Of a stretch of DNA of 64,000 nucleotides, positions 12,301 through 22,144 are shown in pieces (the stretch's first letter is position 1; every line of letters begins with the position of its first letter). This stretch comes from Craspedostauros australis (Eukaryota): NCBI GenBank assembly GCA_030167865.1, contig JALAGF010003940.1, forward strand, positions 1 to 64,000, written 5' to 3'. The notes under the pieces were generated by a model that did not search any database, had not been told where the DNA came from, and saw only the letters and a program-made list of their open reading frames with translations. The position numbers and the translations under genes were made by a program.

Positions 12301-13293
12301 AAGCTCGAGATTGGTAGTCTTGGTTGTTTCCAATGATCGCTGATTGCGTAGCAGGCGACGTCCGGAGATATCCGAATTCTCGGCGCTGTCCGCGGTGAGC
12401 TCCTGTCCCAGAACCGTGACGGCGAGCATCTCCACATCGTGCATCTCGCCAGGAGGTGCGTAGTCTCGCAAGAAGTCGAAGGTTTGGGTCTCGAACTTGC
12501 GTTCCGCGTCTTCGTTCAGCTTCTCCTCGAAGCCTTGCAGCGTCAGGACGATGGTTGCGGTCTTGGTCTTCATGATTTCGATGGAGGGCGACGAAGATGG
12601 CAGGACCGAAGGTGAAGCTGATGGCACCATGGACGGAACTGTGCTGGGATGATTGGATGGCTGTTGTGTGGGGTCTGTTGAAGGCATAGCGCTGGGAGTT
12701 GTGCTCAGTTGGATCGTCGGGTGCTGCGTTGGGCTCTCGGATGGGGAAGTCGTCGGCGTAGCTGTGGGCGCGGAACTGGGAATGACAGTGGGATGAACGG
12801 AGGGAGATCCTGTGGGGCTTGTGGTGGGTGCTGAAGTCGGCGAGTTCGATGGGGAATCGCTTGGCGCGTTTGTTGGCGCTGCTGATGGCGTCGGGGTCGG
12901 CGAGTTCGATGGGTGATCGCTTGGCGCGTTTGATGGCGCTGCTGATGGCGACGGGGTCGGCGCCAATGTTGGGCTCGCCGTGGGGTGGCTGGTCGGTGTT
13001 TCCGATTCAATGAAAGATGGATTTGCCGACACTGTAGGCTCGCTTGTTGGCATGATGGACGGAGCTTTCGACGGTTGATTTGAAACGCTCGGGGCCGTCG
13101 TATCCGGGATAAAGAAGAGCAAGCGTTTGGCACCCAGGCGCCTGGCAAATCGGCGTGTCTTCTTCTGGAATCTGTTCTGATTGGATTCTTTTCGCGTGCC
13201 GCGCAACTTTCCCAGGGACGGTGTGTTGGGCCAGGCCGCGACATGCGACACAAGCATGAGCAACCATAGCACGTTGCTCGCAGACTTCATCAT
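9319..13293 (-). CDS. Type I membrane protein: signal peptide, PS/PT mucin-like stalk, SEA-like module with RRL, TM, long disordered tail, C-terminal PDZ
   Basis: 1324-aa ORF with hydrophobic N-terminus (VLWLLMLVSHVAA), PSxxPT repeats, SGRRLLR and TM VALALVCSFFALLVAALASYYAI followed by KKRLRRK. PDZ signature APSGPIGIVVDTTKYGPAVHSIKSTSPVLGLINRGDLIVSLD. Confidence 0.85.
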   Translation of the reverse strand: MMKSASNVLWLLMLVSHVAAWPNTPSLGKLRGTRKESNQNRFQKKTRRFARRLGAKRLLFFIPDTTAPSVSNQPSKAPSIMPTSEPTVSANPSFIESETPTSHPTASPTLAPTPSPSAAPSNAPSDHPSNSPTPTPSAAPTNAPSDSPSNSPTSAPTTSPTGSPSVHPTVIPSSAPTATPTTSPSESPTQHPTIQLSTTPSAMPSTDPTQQPSNHPSTVPSMVPSASPSVLPSSSPSIEIMKTKTATIVLTLQGFEEKLNEDAERKFETQTFDFLRDYAPPGEMHDVEMLAVTVLGQELTADSAENSDISGRRLLRNQRSLETTKTTNLELFVRVVGDVVRGVAPKHFSFEDYLTKTFENNWAAYTQRLSQIDTTFEHLNEDDNPKASVQQGDSSETLKVALALVCSFFALLVAALASYYAIKKRLRRKTKEIGWEPFNQATRSESSSEEGSGDGLIPFDDVHETIDTPPEPLQLQIENGDASSKDDPIHGMSVCGSEAKRKSVSPSVLSMGSNEQYGIHDANNAHGGHMGGNINSNVNNNVNSNVHASNNTNESNKIKMNKKWMTPRFGRGSVDGFDTESNNDPPQHMDSMNFAALNKAGRHSLDPDADFAPPYFPRQDGHGIGSQDSEDSGNNDGVQLLSNKNKRRTSSDRYGENKDGDDDEEDDDAQYFNNKSSGNGNKRRSPANRAAAAATTSTTTQSESVSFVPKAFANTPLGSVVNSTANSFFGMFSNANNAEGVGANESTKPTNTSRRDDNGSSGGNTNSKQTHRNGSSNGRKQYVHMSEAALSQHSAMHGATKVNAIGSETTSSYWQAKQKQQQQQQQQKVNVKQGTKSEASSGSSLYPRTHPHRPSMNKHEQQAPSVDEKNRGTKQYGSSATATATQQQQQRQPQSPAKWNQRPLFDTATEVGWDDDDNRNDVEEFGSRRSDFSLEIAKEPRLGNWEETAMGGLSVVQSKPAKTMDAASRTQTMPTMEPDTPMSSMFEKSSYFSTNANPPSSVTGGRRPSSFHNFNNQEQPSIAYQHPTRQRKRDQPQRQRQRETPAYASTRISYISSSSASEDDSEYDGGRSGYAQYAFQTGNNTGSHNYNGHDYNNRNTHNYNSDTYGTRSNTHTHSNSNGGASNSTSHNNRYSRNSDSQPDRHGAANPSPRLSEEARSTFSLGARPMNDHEKKYYKHDKLNVAGGDAQSKNRESRGGSDHSSNASGSRYRQYQQQLRQQEQQQEQAGEDIVPASLSHQENLYDIFAPSGPIGIVVDTTKYGPAVHSIKSTSPVLGLINRGDLIVSLDDEDTRSMTAAALTRMLAKKSRQRERKITLIAVNRF

Positions 13294-14507
13294 TGCTACT
13301 TTGGTCGTTGGTGGTTGCTCGTTCGTTTCCAGTGGTGTCGCTTGTTGCGTATGAGATAGAATCGGTGTGCCTGGTCTGTTGCTGTTGCTGTTGCTGTTGT
13401 TGATTGGCGGATGTGAATGCGGAAATCAACGGCGCCACCAAAGGCTGCTCACGAGATTGCTGTCGTTGTTGGTGGCTGTAGTTGATGGCTGTGCAAACTT
13501 CAGGTGCGTTTTTTGAATTGTGATGTGAGGTGGTGTGTGTATGGCAAGGGGTGGCGGCTGTATGAAGCCTGCAATAGTGAACGCTCACTGTTGTGCTTCA
13601 GCTCTCTGTGCACTTGCTTGTTCAAGCATGAGCGCGTCGGAATAGGATTGCATGAACGGGGTGTGGGTGGACTGGTGCGCCTCATTTCGTCGTTGTTGCT
13701 GGGGAATTTGTGAGCTCGGAGCAAACGGCTAGTATTATCCTCAGCGTTCAATGGGAAAAAGTTGGATGTGCAGCTTTCGAAACGTTGAGATCGACTAAAC
13801 GCTGGGAATATTGGCCATGCGACACAAAAAGAGCCGTTTCTCACGTTTGTCCAATCAACGGCACGCATGTCGACGCGACGCAGACAACGACGACAACCAA
13901 ACACATGAAAGGCGGTGGCAAGCTAGCAGAGGATATCTAGACAGTTTCATGGAGGTGTTCACGTTCGCGGCAAAGGTTCAAATCATCATCGCAGCTGCGT
14001 CCCAATAATACGGATGTTGTGAATGAGCAATTCATGGAGGAGGCAGCATATTTATGTATCGTTCGGAGTCGTTGGGGATACACAATGGTCGCACAGGAAC
14101 AAATCAAGAGCAACAACAGGCCAACCCTGGCTGGACGGTGACAGGATGCACTGCACAGAACAGCAGCCTGTTCATTGTGAACCGCTCTCCACGAGTAACA
14201 TCACAACTATCAGAAATCTGCCATGTTACATATATGGCACACATGACACAACATGGTTTGATGACGGTTCCTTGTCGACTTCCGAGATGCTGTGCCACAT
14301 CACTCCACTGTCATGGACTGTCATGGACCGCCCCTCTGTCGCCACATCTTCAACCCTCTTGCATCACCCATTGTGGACGTGGTCGGATCAGCTGAGCGGC
14401 TTCACTTCCACACCGTCCTGCATGCAGTCTGCGTTGGCGCTGGTTCTCACCACATCCACATTCCACCACTGTTGCCTCCAGCCACCTCCCGTTCTCTATC
14501 GTTCCGC

Positions 14508-17111
14508 TTACTTCGATGATGTGTGTCCGAAGTCGGTTCGAGCTGAAGAGTACTTCAACTGGACACCGAAACTCTTAGTCTTCCCACACCCGCCACAGTC
14601 AATACCCACGTCCAACACCGCCTTCCAAGCGGTGGACTTACCGATCGGCATCGTGATGTATGGCTCAAGGTGGGTCTCATCAGCTTCTGCTTCTGCTGTG
14701 GCTGCATTTCTGGCTTCCTCTTCGATTGCTTCCAGCTTTTGTTCGATCATGGCTTCGAATTCTGCGACAGCACGATCACCAGCAACTCTTTTTGCGTCGC
14801 TTTTGGCCGCATCAGCATCGGCCTGGCTTATCGTTCGATCCACAAGGCTTTCTGGTCTGCCTGCTACGCAATACAAGCGATCGTTGCCAAATGGAATGTG
14901 GAGGAGCTCGTGAAGGACCTTGTTCTTGGTGTCGCGGATGGATTCGTTGGAAATCTTATCGATTGTGTATTCCATTACCTGGATGCAGATGGTGACGAGC
15001 TTGAGGTTCTTCCACACGATCTTGTTGCCAACCTCTTCCTTTTGAGCAACCACGACGGACACGTATCCGTCTGCCAAGTTGCTGTTGCCTTCTGCGACGC
15101 TTGCGATTGGAGGGTGGAACGCCTGTGTCCCTTCCTCCAGTGTCGGTCTTTCGATGATGGCGTTTCGCAGGTCCCAGAGTCCCTTGAGGTAGTCCTTGTC
15201 GATGGTGAGCGTTGCTTCATCACTATGCAGGAGAGGGGCATACTTCTGGAGTTCATCAGTGTTGTTGGGGGGATCAGGATTGCTGAGTTCGACCATCCAA
15301 CCTTCCAGGTCACCCCAGTAGGTTCGGTTCTGTCGCTGCTGTACTTGTTGCTGCTCCTGTTGTGGATGTGTTTGCCCCAGCGACAACTGCATGGGTGACT
15401 TCTGGAGGTACATGCCCTTCATGGCAAACTCTGATGGAAAAGCAACAGGGAACCATCCGCGAAGCCCTTCCCACGATTCTGCAATGTCCTTGTCCACGAA
15501 TGGAGATGTGACAGCATCACCATCTCTCACTTCGGGTGCGTACATCGCAGCGCCATCCTCGAGCATCGATTTCAGATCCTTTCGATCTGTTGCCTCAACG
15601 GTCGTGGCTGCAGCTGTCACGCTGGAGATGAATTGGACTGTGAGCGCTTCATATGCGAATGGTGTCGTCTCCAAACCTTCATCGAGATGTGCCATGGCTT
15701 CTCCACCAGCGATGATCCAGCTACAGAGTCGCTGCATGGCAGGATCCATGAGGAAAGGGTACATCTCAACTCTCCCGTCCTCCTGTTCTGCCATCGTGGA
15801 GAGATCTGCGAATGATTGGATAGTCAGGAGCCCATACTCGCCAATGAGATCGTGTATCTCGACGCGGTCCTCACCAAAGTGTTGGAAGTGGATGGAATCG
15901 TTCAGAACCTTCTCTCGGATGGAATGGGCATCCTCACCAGGTGACACCTTGATCTTTTGCTGGAAGACGAAGGCAGCGTAAGCACTTGCCGCAACCTGCT
16001 GGCACGCGTGTGGAGACTTCCACAAGGACTCCATAGCATGGCTTTTGCAGAAGTCCTTGAAAACAGCCGTGGCAACCTTGGCTTGATGGCGGGGATCATA
16101 ATACAAGAAGTTGTTGGTCGCAAGTTGGAACACCAAGGCAGAGGTCATTCTTGAGTTGTGATGGACGATATCGTTGAGGAGGGGATATTCTGGAAGCTGT
16201 TGATAGGGTGGAAATTTGTTCTGACTGTCTGGATACTCTCGGCAGAGAACGTTGTAGACCTCCTCAACCTTCCTTTGGGCAATTGGTTGGAGTTGCTTGA
16301 AGTTGTTAGGCAAGCTTCCTTGCGCGTCACTCTGGAAGCATGTACCTGCAATGGAGAACACCACCTGCAGTGATTCCTTCTGCGTGTTGATCCACTTGAT
16401 CTCATCGTGACATTTTTCACCTTTGTCTGGGTTGTTGCATCCCGTCATGATGAATGCGGCAAGATCCTGACCAAGATCTTCGTCGTTGCGAATGATCTCA
16501 TTGATGAGGTTGGGTTGGGATCCTGCTTCATCGATGGCGACGACGATTCGCACCATGTCTTCCTTGGTGCGGTGGTGCTTGATCATGTCAGCGATCTGGG
16601 CAAAAAGAGCTCGGATGCTCTTGTCTTGATCCACGAGCTTGTGAATACTTTTCTTGAGACAGATTCGTGCTTCACGTCGTCGAGCAGCGCCGCGCTTAGC
16701 AGTAGGAATGTCCTCGTCGACAACCAGTTGGATGGAGAAGGCAGCATCTCTTGAGTACGCGCTCGCTGCGAGTTCGGCTGTCTTGCCGGTCCCGCTGGCA
16801 GAGCAGTACAGCAGCACCAGATCACTGTCTGCCTTTTCCATGTACAGCTGCTGGGGCGATCTTCCATGTCTGGCTTGATGTCGGAACTGAGGGTTGCCAA
16901 TGGAGAAGACCTGGCGAGAATGATACCAATCGCCGTGTCTGGTGCAAACTTTCACTTGATGGAGTGTTGGTGTTGTCTTTTCACGGATGGCATTGTGCAA
17001 CTTGTTGATGATGGCATCTTGGAGTGGCACCGGTGGGCTTTCGTTGAGGGTTGAGAATCCTGTGAATGATTGCTTGCTGCTCTTGCTCTTGAGCTTGTTG
17101 TTCTTCCCCAT
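14508..17111 (-). CDS. P-loop NTPase + degenerate PD-(D/E)xK nuclease-like protein (Crinkler/RHS-type-like), 867 aa
   Basis: ORF 14508-17216 with first ATG at 17111 (MGKNNKLKSK). Motifs: SDLVLLYCSASGTGKT, IVVAIDEA, VVFSIAGTC, VYNVLCREY, HHNSRMTS, TTPFAYE, SNLADGYVS, TICIQVMEY, RLYCV. Clear paralog of the 1-3239 gene. Confidence 0.88.
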   Translation of the reverse strand: MGKNNKLKSKSSKQSFTGFSTLNESPPVPLQDAIINKLHNAIREKTTPTLHQVKVCTRHGDWYHSRQVFSIGNPQFRHQARHGRSPQQLYMEKADSDLVLLYCSASGTGKTAELAASAYSRDAAFSIQLVVDEDIPTAKRGAARRREARICLKKSIHKLVDQDKSIRALFAQIADMIKHHRTKEDMVRIVVAIDEAGSQPNLINEIIRNDEDLGQDLAAFIMTGCNNPDKGEKCHDEIKWINTQKESLQVVFSIAGTCFQSDAQGSLPNNFKQLQPIAQRKVEEVYNVLCREYPDSQNKFPPYQQLPEYPLLNDIVHHNSRMTSALVFQLATNNFLYYDPRHQAKVATAVFKDFCKSHAMESLWKSPHACQQVAASAYAAFVFQQKIKVSPGEDAHSIREKVLNDSIHFQHFGEDRVEIHDLIGEYGLLTIQSFADLSTMAEQEDGRVEMYPFLMDPAMQRLCSWIIAGGEAMAHLDEGLETTPFAYEALTVQFISSVTAAATTVEATDRKDLKSMLEDGAAMYAPEVRDGDAVTSPFVDKDIAESWEGLRGWFPVAFPSEFAMKGMYLQKSPMQLSLGQTHPQQEQQQVQQRQNRTYWGDLEGWMVELSNPDPPNNTDELQKYAPLLHSDEATLTIDKDYLKGLWDLRNAIIERPTLEEGTQAFHPPIASVAEGNSNLADGYVSVVVAQKEEVGNKIVWKNLKLVTICIQVMEYTIDKISNESIRDTKNKVLHELLHIPFGNDRLYCVAGRPESLVDRTISQADADAAKSDAKRVAGDRAVAEFEAMIEQKLEAIEEEARNAATAEAEADETHLEPYITMPIGKSTAWKAVLDVGIDCGGCGKTKSFGVQLKYSSARTDFGHTSSK

Positions 17112-17755
17112 TGTCGCAACAGTTCTTGCAGAGTGTGGTGTTCCAACTCTTGGGGGTGTCGTCTGTTGTATGGTGTGGGTGGATGGTTGCAGGCTTCCTG
17201 TGACGTTGGAAAGCACTGTGGGATATGCGCTGCACGTCTTGAGGAATCAGTGAGAATGGTCATGAGAGAAAACGCGACAGAGACGACGGAGATGACGAAG
17301 CTCAGCAACAAGCAACAGCATACGACGAGCAGCAGGTACAGTTCAAAAAAGAGCGGTAAGAGAAAGACAGATTGTGAGAGATGGATGGAAGTTGGTTGGA
17401 TTTGGAGTGGGCACGATCAACCCCCTTCTCACAATGGATGGGTCTACAGTACAATGCAATGCAATACAACGCAATGCCAACATTCCATCCTCTGGAATTG
17501 AACGGGCCTGACACAAGGGCAAGCACCTGCACAAGCACAATCTCCATCACAACGAGGAGACACTGTCATGCACCTTCCTTGTCATTGGTAGTGTCAGTGT
17601 GGATGTGAATGTTCGTTGGTGGAGTATCGATTCGTTCTCTCAGTTTGACGAAGTTGGAATGGTTCGAAGTGCAATACGATGTCACGCCTGCATCCAACCA
17701 TATCCTTACCTTTGATCTCTCCCAGAGACTTGTGTTTGCTGCTTGTGCTGTCGGT

Positions 17756-17939
17756 GTTGTGGCCAGCACCGAGGCTCGCGTCTTTGCTCGCTTCAAGTGC
17801 GGCAGAAAGCGCCGACATCCAATCATATCGTTGCCTTTGTTCTTTCCCGGAGCCTTGCGTGTGTTGCTTGTGTTGTCGGTTGTCAGAGTTGTGGCCAGCA
17901 CTGAGGCTTGTTTGTTTGCTTGCTTCAAGTGTGGCAGAA
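17756..17939 (+). repeat. Imperfect 52-bp direct repeat, two copies (17756-17807 and 17888-17939)
   Basis: gttgtggccagcaccgaggctcgcgtctttgctcgcttcaagtgcggcagaa vs gttgtggccagcactgaggcttgtttgtttgcttgcttcaagtgtggcagaa; 7 mismatches. Confidence 0.85.
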
Positions 17940-19199
17940 CCGTGCCAAGATGCGGACTTCGTGGTTGCCACGCCAAGAAAGGAATCAAGGCAGTGGATTG
18001 TCCTGTCTTGTCGTTGTCACGATGGTCGTCTTGTTGGAGGAGTTGGTGCTCTGTGGATGCTGGCGATCCTTTCGCTGCTGATTGCGACTGTCGTTGTCAC
18101 TGGCGACAATACAGATGAAGATGCAGATGAGGATGGAGATGCAGACAAAGAGGAAGATGGCCTTGGTTCTGAGGAAGATTTGATGTTTGTGGTCCTGTTT
18201 GATCGATGTGCGCAATTGTGTTTGATTGCGTTGTTGTTTCTTTCGCTGTGCCGAAACTCTGTGTAGTTCTGAGGCGTTCTGTGGTTCACGGGTTTCCATT
18301 TCTTCGTTGTTGGAACTCGTCAGGTTTTGCTGCAACCGATTCAAACTCTGTGTTAGCTCAAATTTGATTCCGACAAGAAAAAGACAACGATTGACCCATG
18401 CGACCAATTGGTTGATCGAATCGTGTGATTGACTTGCACGAATAAAACAGTCTTGTTGTGGACTTCAGAGAGCACTCTAGGGATTTGAATATAGAGAGAG
18501 AGCGACAGAGAGTCGTCTGGAAGCGCATTGTATCTTTACTATCGTCTCCTTGTGATTTGATCGATGCATCTAACGCCATTCATCTGACCCATGGCTACAT
18601 TTGAGTCGAGATCCAGCTCCAAACTCATGCCACCTCCATTCACACGAACATGCTGGCAGGAGCATGTTGCGCACAGCGACAGAGGAGTTGCAACGTGCCA
18701 CGCGAAGTGCCGTTTGTGTTGTGTTGTGCTCTCCTGTGTTGTTTTGTGCTGTGCCATCATCCAACGTCTGTGCTCGACCAGGTCCATTCTCGCGTGTTCG
18801 TCAACCAATGGAACCAGTAACAAACAGGGCAGGGCATCGTCGAATAGAATGCAGGATCGTTCGGTTTCGTTCTGGCTCTGGAGGAGTCATCCACTCGAGG
18901 CGACAGTGTTGGGACCAGGTGCAATGCTCGCTCGTGTAGAAAAGTTATACCACACTATACCATACTGCACTGAACTACACTACACTACACCATAACATAC
19001 TCTGCAATGCAACACATTCCGATGCAGCTCCATATCTACAAGCACAAGAATCAATGCAGCAGAGTACTCCAAACACACACGTCGAGTCGTCCTATATCAG
19101 TCCACACAATCGACTCTGTCTACTCTACTCTGACCCACTCTGCTCTATTCTATTCTATTCTATTCCATGCCATGTTATGCCATGCCATGCCGTTCCATT

Positions 19200-20036
19200 C
19201 TACGAATCAGAATCCACCACCGGACCATCAACTGCTGGACCACCAACGATACTGTACCCACCATCCACATAGATCGTCTGACCTGTGATTCCCGTCCCAC
19301 CCATCGACAAGAATGACACCGTGTCCGCAACCTCATCCGCCGTCACATTGCCCAACGGTGCACGCTCCTGCATCTCCTGTCGCATAGCTCCAAAGTTGGT
19401 GATGCCACCCTTGGCCGCCACCGTGTTTAAGGGACCCGCGCTGACCGCGTTGACGCGCACAGGTGCCATCTCCAGTGCCAGACCGCGCACGATGGATTCC
19501 AGGCTGGCCTTGGCCGGTCCCATGACATGATACGATGGGATGGCGCGCACGGCTCCCAAGTAGGTCAAGGCTGTGATGCCGGAATGGTGTTCCATGTGAG
19601 GTTGTGCATGTCGTGCCAGTTCGATGAGGGAGTATGCTGAGATGGCATGGGCCTCTTGATAGTCTTCGAAGGTGGTATTCAGCAAGGGTCGGTGCAGGTT
19701 GTTGGCAAATGCCACGGAATGCACGATGGCATGTAATGGACGATGGTCTTGTGACACGTGTTGGAAGAGTCTTGGGATATCGCATCGGACATCGCAAACG
19801 AGGCCTGTCAATGATGGATGTTGCTGTTGCTGTTGTGTCTCATGTTGTCGTTGCTGCTGTTCGATGTGCTTGTGCATCATCCGTTCCACCTTGGCGCCGA
19901 TCTTTTCATTCTGATACGTGAGGATGACATCGTAGTTGTTGTTGAGAAAGGAGCGGACGCAGCTCCATGCGATGGATCTGGCATTCGCAACACCCAAGAT
20001 CAATGCGAGCGGTCGTTGAGCTTGTTGGATGCTCAT
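19200..20036 (-). CDS. fabI: Enoyl-[acyl-carrier-protein] reductase (FabI-type SDR)
   Basis: LILGVANARSIAW, VHSVAFA, ISAYSL, LTYLGA, catalytic YHVMGPAKASLE, VRVNAVSAGP and GITGQTIYVDGG. Confidence 0.9.
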   Translation of the reverse strand: MSIQQAQRPLALILGVANARSIAWSCVRSFLNNNYDVILTYQNEKIGAKVERMMHKHIEQQQRQHETQQQQQHPSLTGLVCDVRCDIPRLFQHVSQDHRPLHAIVHSVAFANNLHRPLLNTTFEDYQEAHAISAYSLIELARHAQPHMEHHSGITALTYLGAVRAIPSYHVMGPAKASLESIVRGLALEMAPVRVNAVSAGPLNTVAAKGGITNFGAMRQEMQERAPLGNVTADEVADTVSFLSMGGTGITGQTIYVDGGYSIVGGPAVDGPVVDSDS

Positions 20037-20186
20037 TGTTGTGGTGTGCTCTTCTGAGACAGTTGCGGATGCAGAGCGATTCTCTCATCTGGAGTGCTTC
20101 GTGATGTGGTCTCCATTGGGGATGATCACCCTTGCAGCCATGTCCAACGCAACTCCGATCTCAGTCACAACCACGAAGATCGCAGA

Positions 20187-20223
20187 GGTGTTGATGGTGT
20201 TGATGGTGTTGATGGTGTTGATG
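20187..20223. repeat. 9-bp tandem repeat (GGTGTTGAT)x4
   Basis: Read directly from the sequence. Confidence 0.85.
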
Positions 20224-21117
20224 GCTTGGTTGGAGCCGAAAGATCTCATTTTCTGAGATTGTCCGATTTCGCCAAAGTTGTGTGTGACTCGTGAATGGAC
20301 CCATCGGAGTAAATGTGAGTCCGGCGATGAACCCGACGTCATCATTGACAGACCACGTCATGGATCCTTGAATCCCCATAAGTAAGATGACGTCGTGTGA
20401 TTTGGTGTTCGCATGTTGAGAAAGAACAATCAGCGACAGTTGGGAACGAAATGGTTCTTGTGTCGGAAAGAACTGACGTGTGCGTGTCCATGGTTGGGGG
20501 AACAACGAAGCACATCGATTCCGATCAACGAGGGAGGGAGACAACGCGAAAGACCAGATGGCGCTGTTGCAGATTCTTGAGGACCCCGCGATCCGCGTGG
20601 AACAGTTGAAGACAACCGACACTCAGACAACAAATCAGATTGGATGCAGAGGAGCATTGGAATGAGAAGGAGCGTTGCGGCATTCCCGGGAGTCTGAGGT
20701 GTTGGCCCAGTTGGTGGATTGGGACATGGCCTCGCCATTTTCTGCTGTGGGTTGTTGGTACCTTGTGGACGTGGCTGATCGAGCGATCGTTGAAGTTATG
20801 CAAAGAGAGTGTTCTTTGTTACTCTCTCGCTTTCTGCTGATCTGCTCAGCTTTGGAGAGGAGGGAAGGGAGACAGAGATTATTAGAGCTAAACTATTAAC
20901 TATCTTAGAGAGGGACACTATGAACCACTCAACTTGTCTGCAGTCCAGTTGATCGAATACATGCCTCACCTGCACCCATGTTTGGGGATCAATCCAGACC
21001 ATTGAAGCAGATCTTTGGGACCCATGATATCAGCACAAATACGCATAGTGAAAATTATGTTATTCCTGCAGCCCCCACTATCTATGAATTTCACTTGTGT
21101 TCAGATCAGCAATCGCA

Positions 21118-21187
21118 ATGCCTGTAGCTCAATGGTAGAGCACCAGGAATTCTCACTGAGGTTCCAAGTTCAAATCCTGGCATGGTA
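21118..21187 (+). pseudogene. Degenerate tRNA or tRNA-derived (SINE-like) head with Pol III A and B boxes
   Basis: TAGCTCAATGGTAGAGC forms a D-arm/A box with a GCTC/GAGC stem. CCAAGTTCAAATCCTGG forms a T-arm/B box at tRNA-like spacing. The acceptor and anticodon stems pair poorly and the region is CpG-depleted. Confidence 0.6.
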
Positions 21188-21229
21188 CTTTGCTTTTGCT
21201 TTCCCCTCGTGATTTTTTGATAGTGCTCT

Positions 21230-21930
21230 TTCAGGGCGTATGACCTCAGCATGCCAAGCCAAGGCATCTACATGAGTGCATCCACAGGCAGGCAAGCCCA
21301 ACTGGCCATCACCAACCCCAGGTCGGCATCCAAGTACCTGGGAATGACATCGCGTTGAGACAGGCAGCAGACAGAGCATGCAACATATCTACTGCAGAAA
21401 TCAAGAGCATGGGCCAAGTGGATCCGGACGTCACAAATTCTCAGGCAGGTCGTAGAGATTGCCATCAAGTTGGTACTATGGCCTGCACTCACATAGTCTG
21501 CCCCCCCCCCCCTGGCTACTTCATGATTGGCCTGCCAGCATCACCAACCTCATGTGGCAATCGGCACTGGCACAATGGCAGGACCAGAACGAGGTCAAAG
21601 TGTCCCAGACTCCTGATGTCATGCTGCCCGTACTGATCCAATATTTTCAGACGCTGCAAACATGCCCACCAACCACCATCCCTACAGTCCTGCACTCACT
21701 TTTGGAGCATCCTCCACTCACTGAGCAGACCGCCCAGCTCATTCCGTGGGTCCAAGCCATGCGCCAAGGCCTCAGAGGCAACGCACCACCAGCTGCGGTG
21801 GAACTTGTGAACTGGATGCGGAACTACAGGCGGAAGGATCGCAACCGAGCCGATTCCCCCACCGCCGCAACACCGCCAACGAACCGACCAGCCCGACAGC
21901 CACAGCCCTCTCTCACAACACGATCATAAT
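21230..21930 (+). mobile_element. Probable decayed 3' fragment of a non-LTR retrotransposon ORF (Ambal-like)
   Basis: CpG-poor, TG/CA-rich. The broken frame reads ...GRHKFSGRS*RLPSSW...ITNLMWQSALAQWQDQNE..., recalling the GW..F..GR...W / LW......W..RN C-terminal motif of diatom LINE ORF2. No RT motif is visible. Confidence 0.35.
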
Positions 21931-22144
21931 ACCGGCACAACCGTTCCCGCTGCGTGCAGACATGTAGAATAAACGAGGCGGAATCAAAGTGCCCCTGGCG
22001 CATGACTTAACCGTTTTAATCAGTGAGGTACATATATTTCAACACACCAATACAGAAGTGTAATAGAAGGTGGGGTGGCCACTTCGTTTGACTGTGCCGG
22101 TTGCATTGTCCAGTTGGGTTGAGATCACTCGACTCATAGCTCGC

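Noticed and set aside
17566-18432. Short ORFs with an acidic DEDADEDGD stretch
   Set aside because: Low-complexity trinucleotide-like sequence with no consistent coding signal on either strand.
21118-21187. Functional tRNA gene
   Set aside because: The acceptor and anticodon stems do not pair properly, so it is recorded only as tRNA-like.
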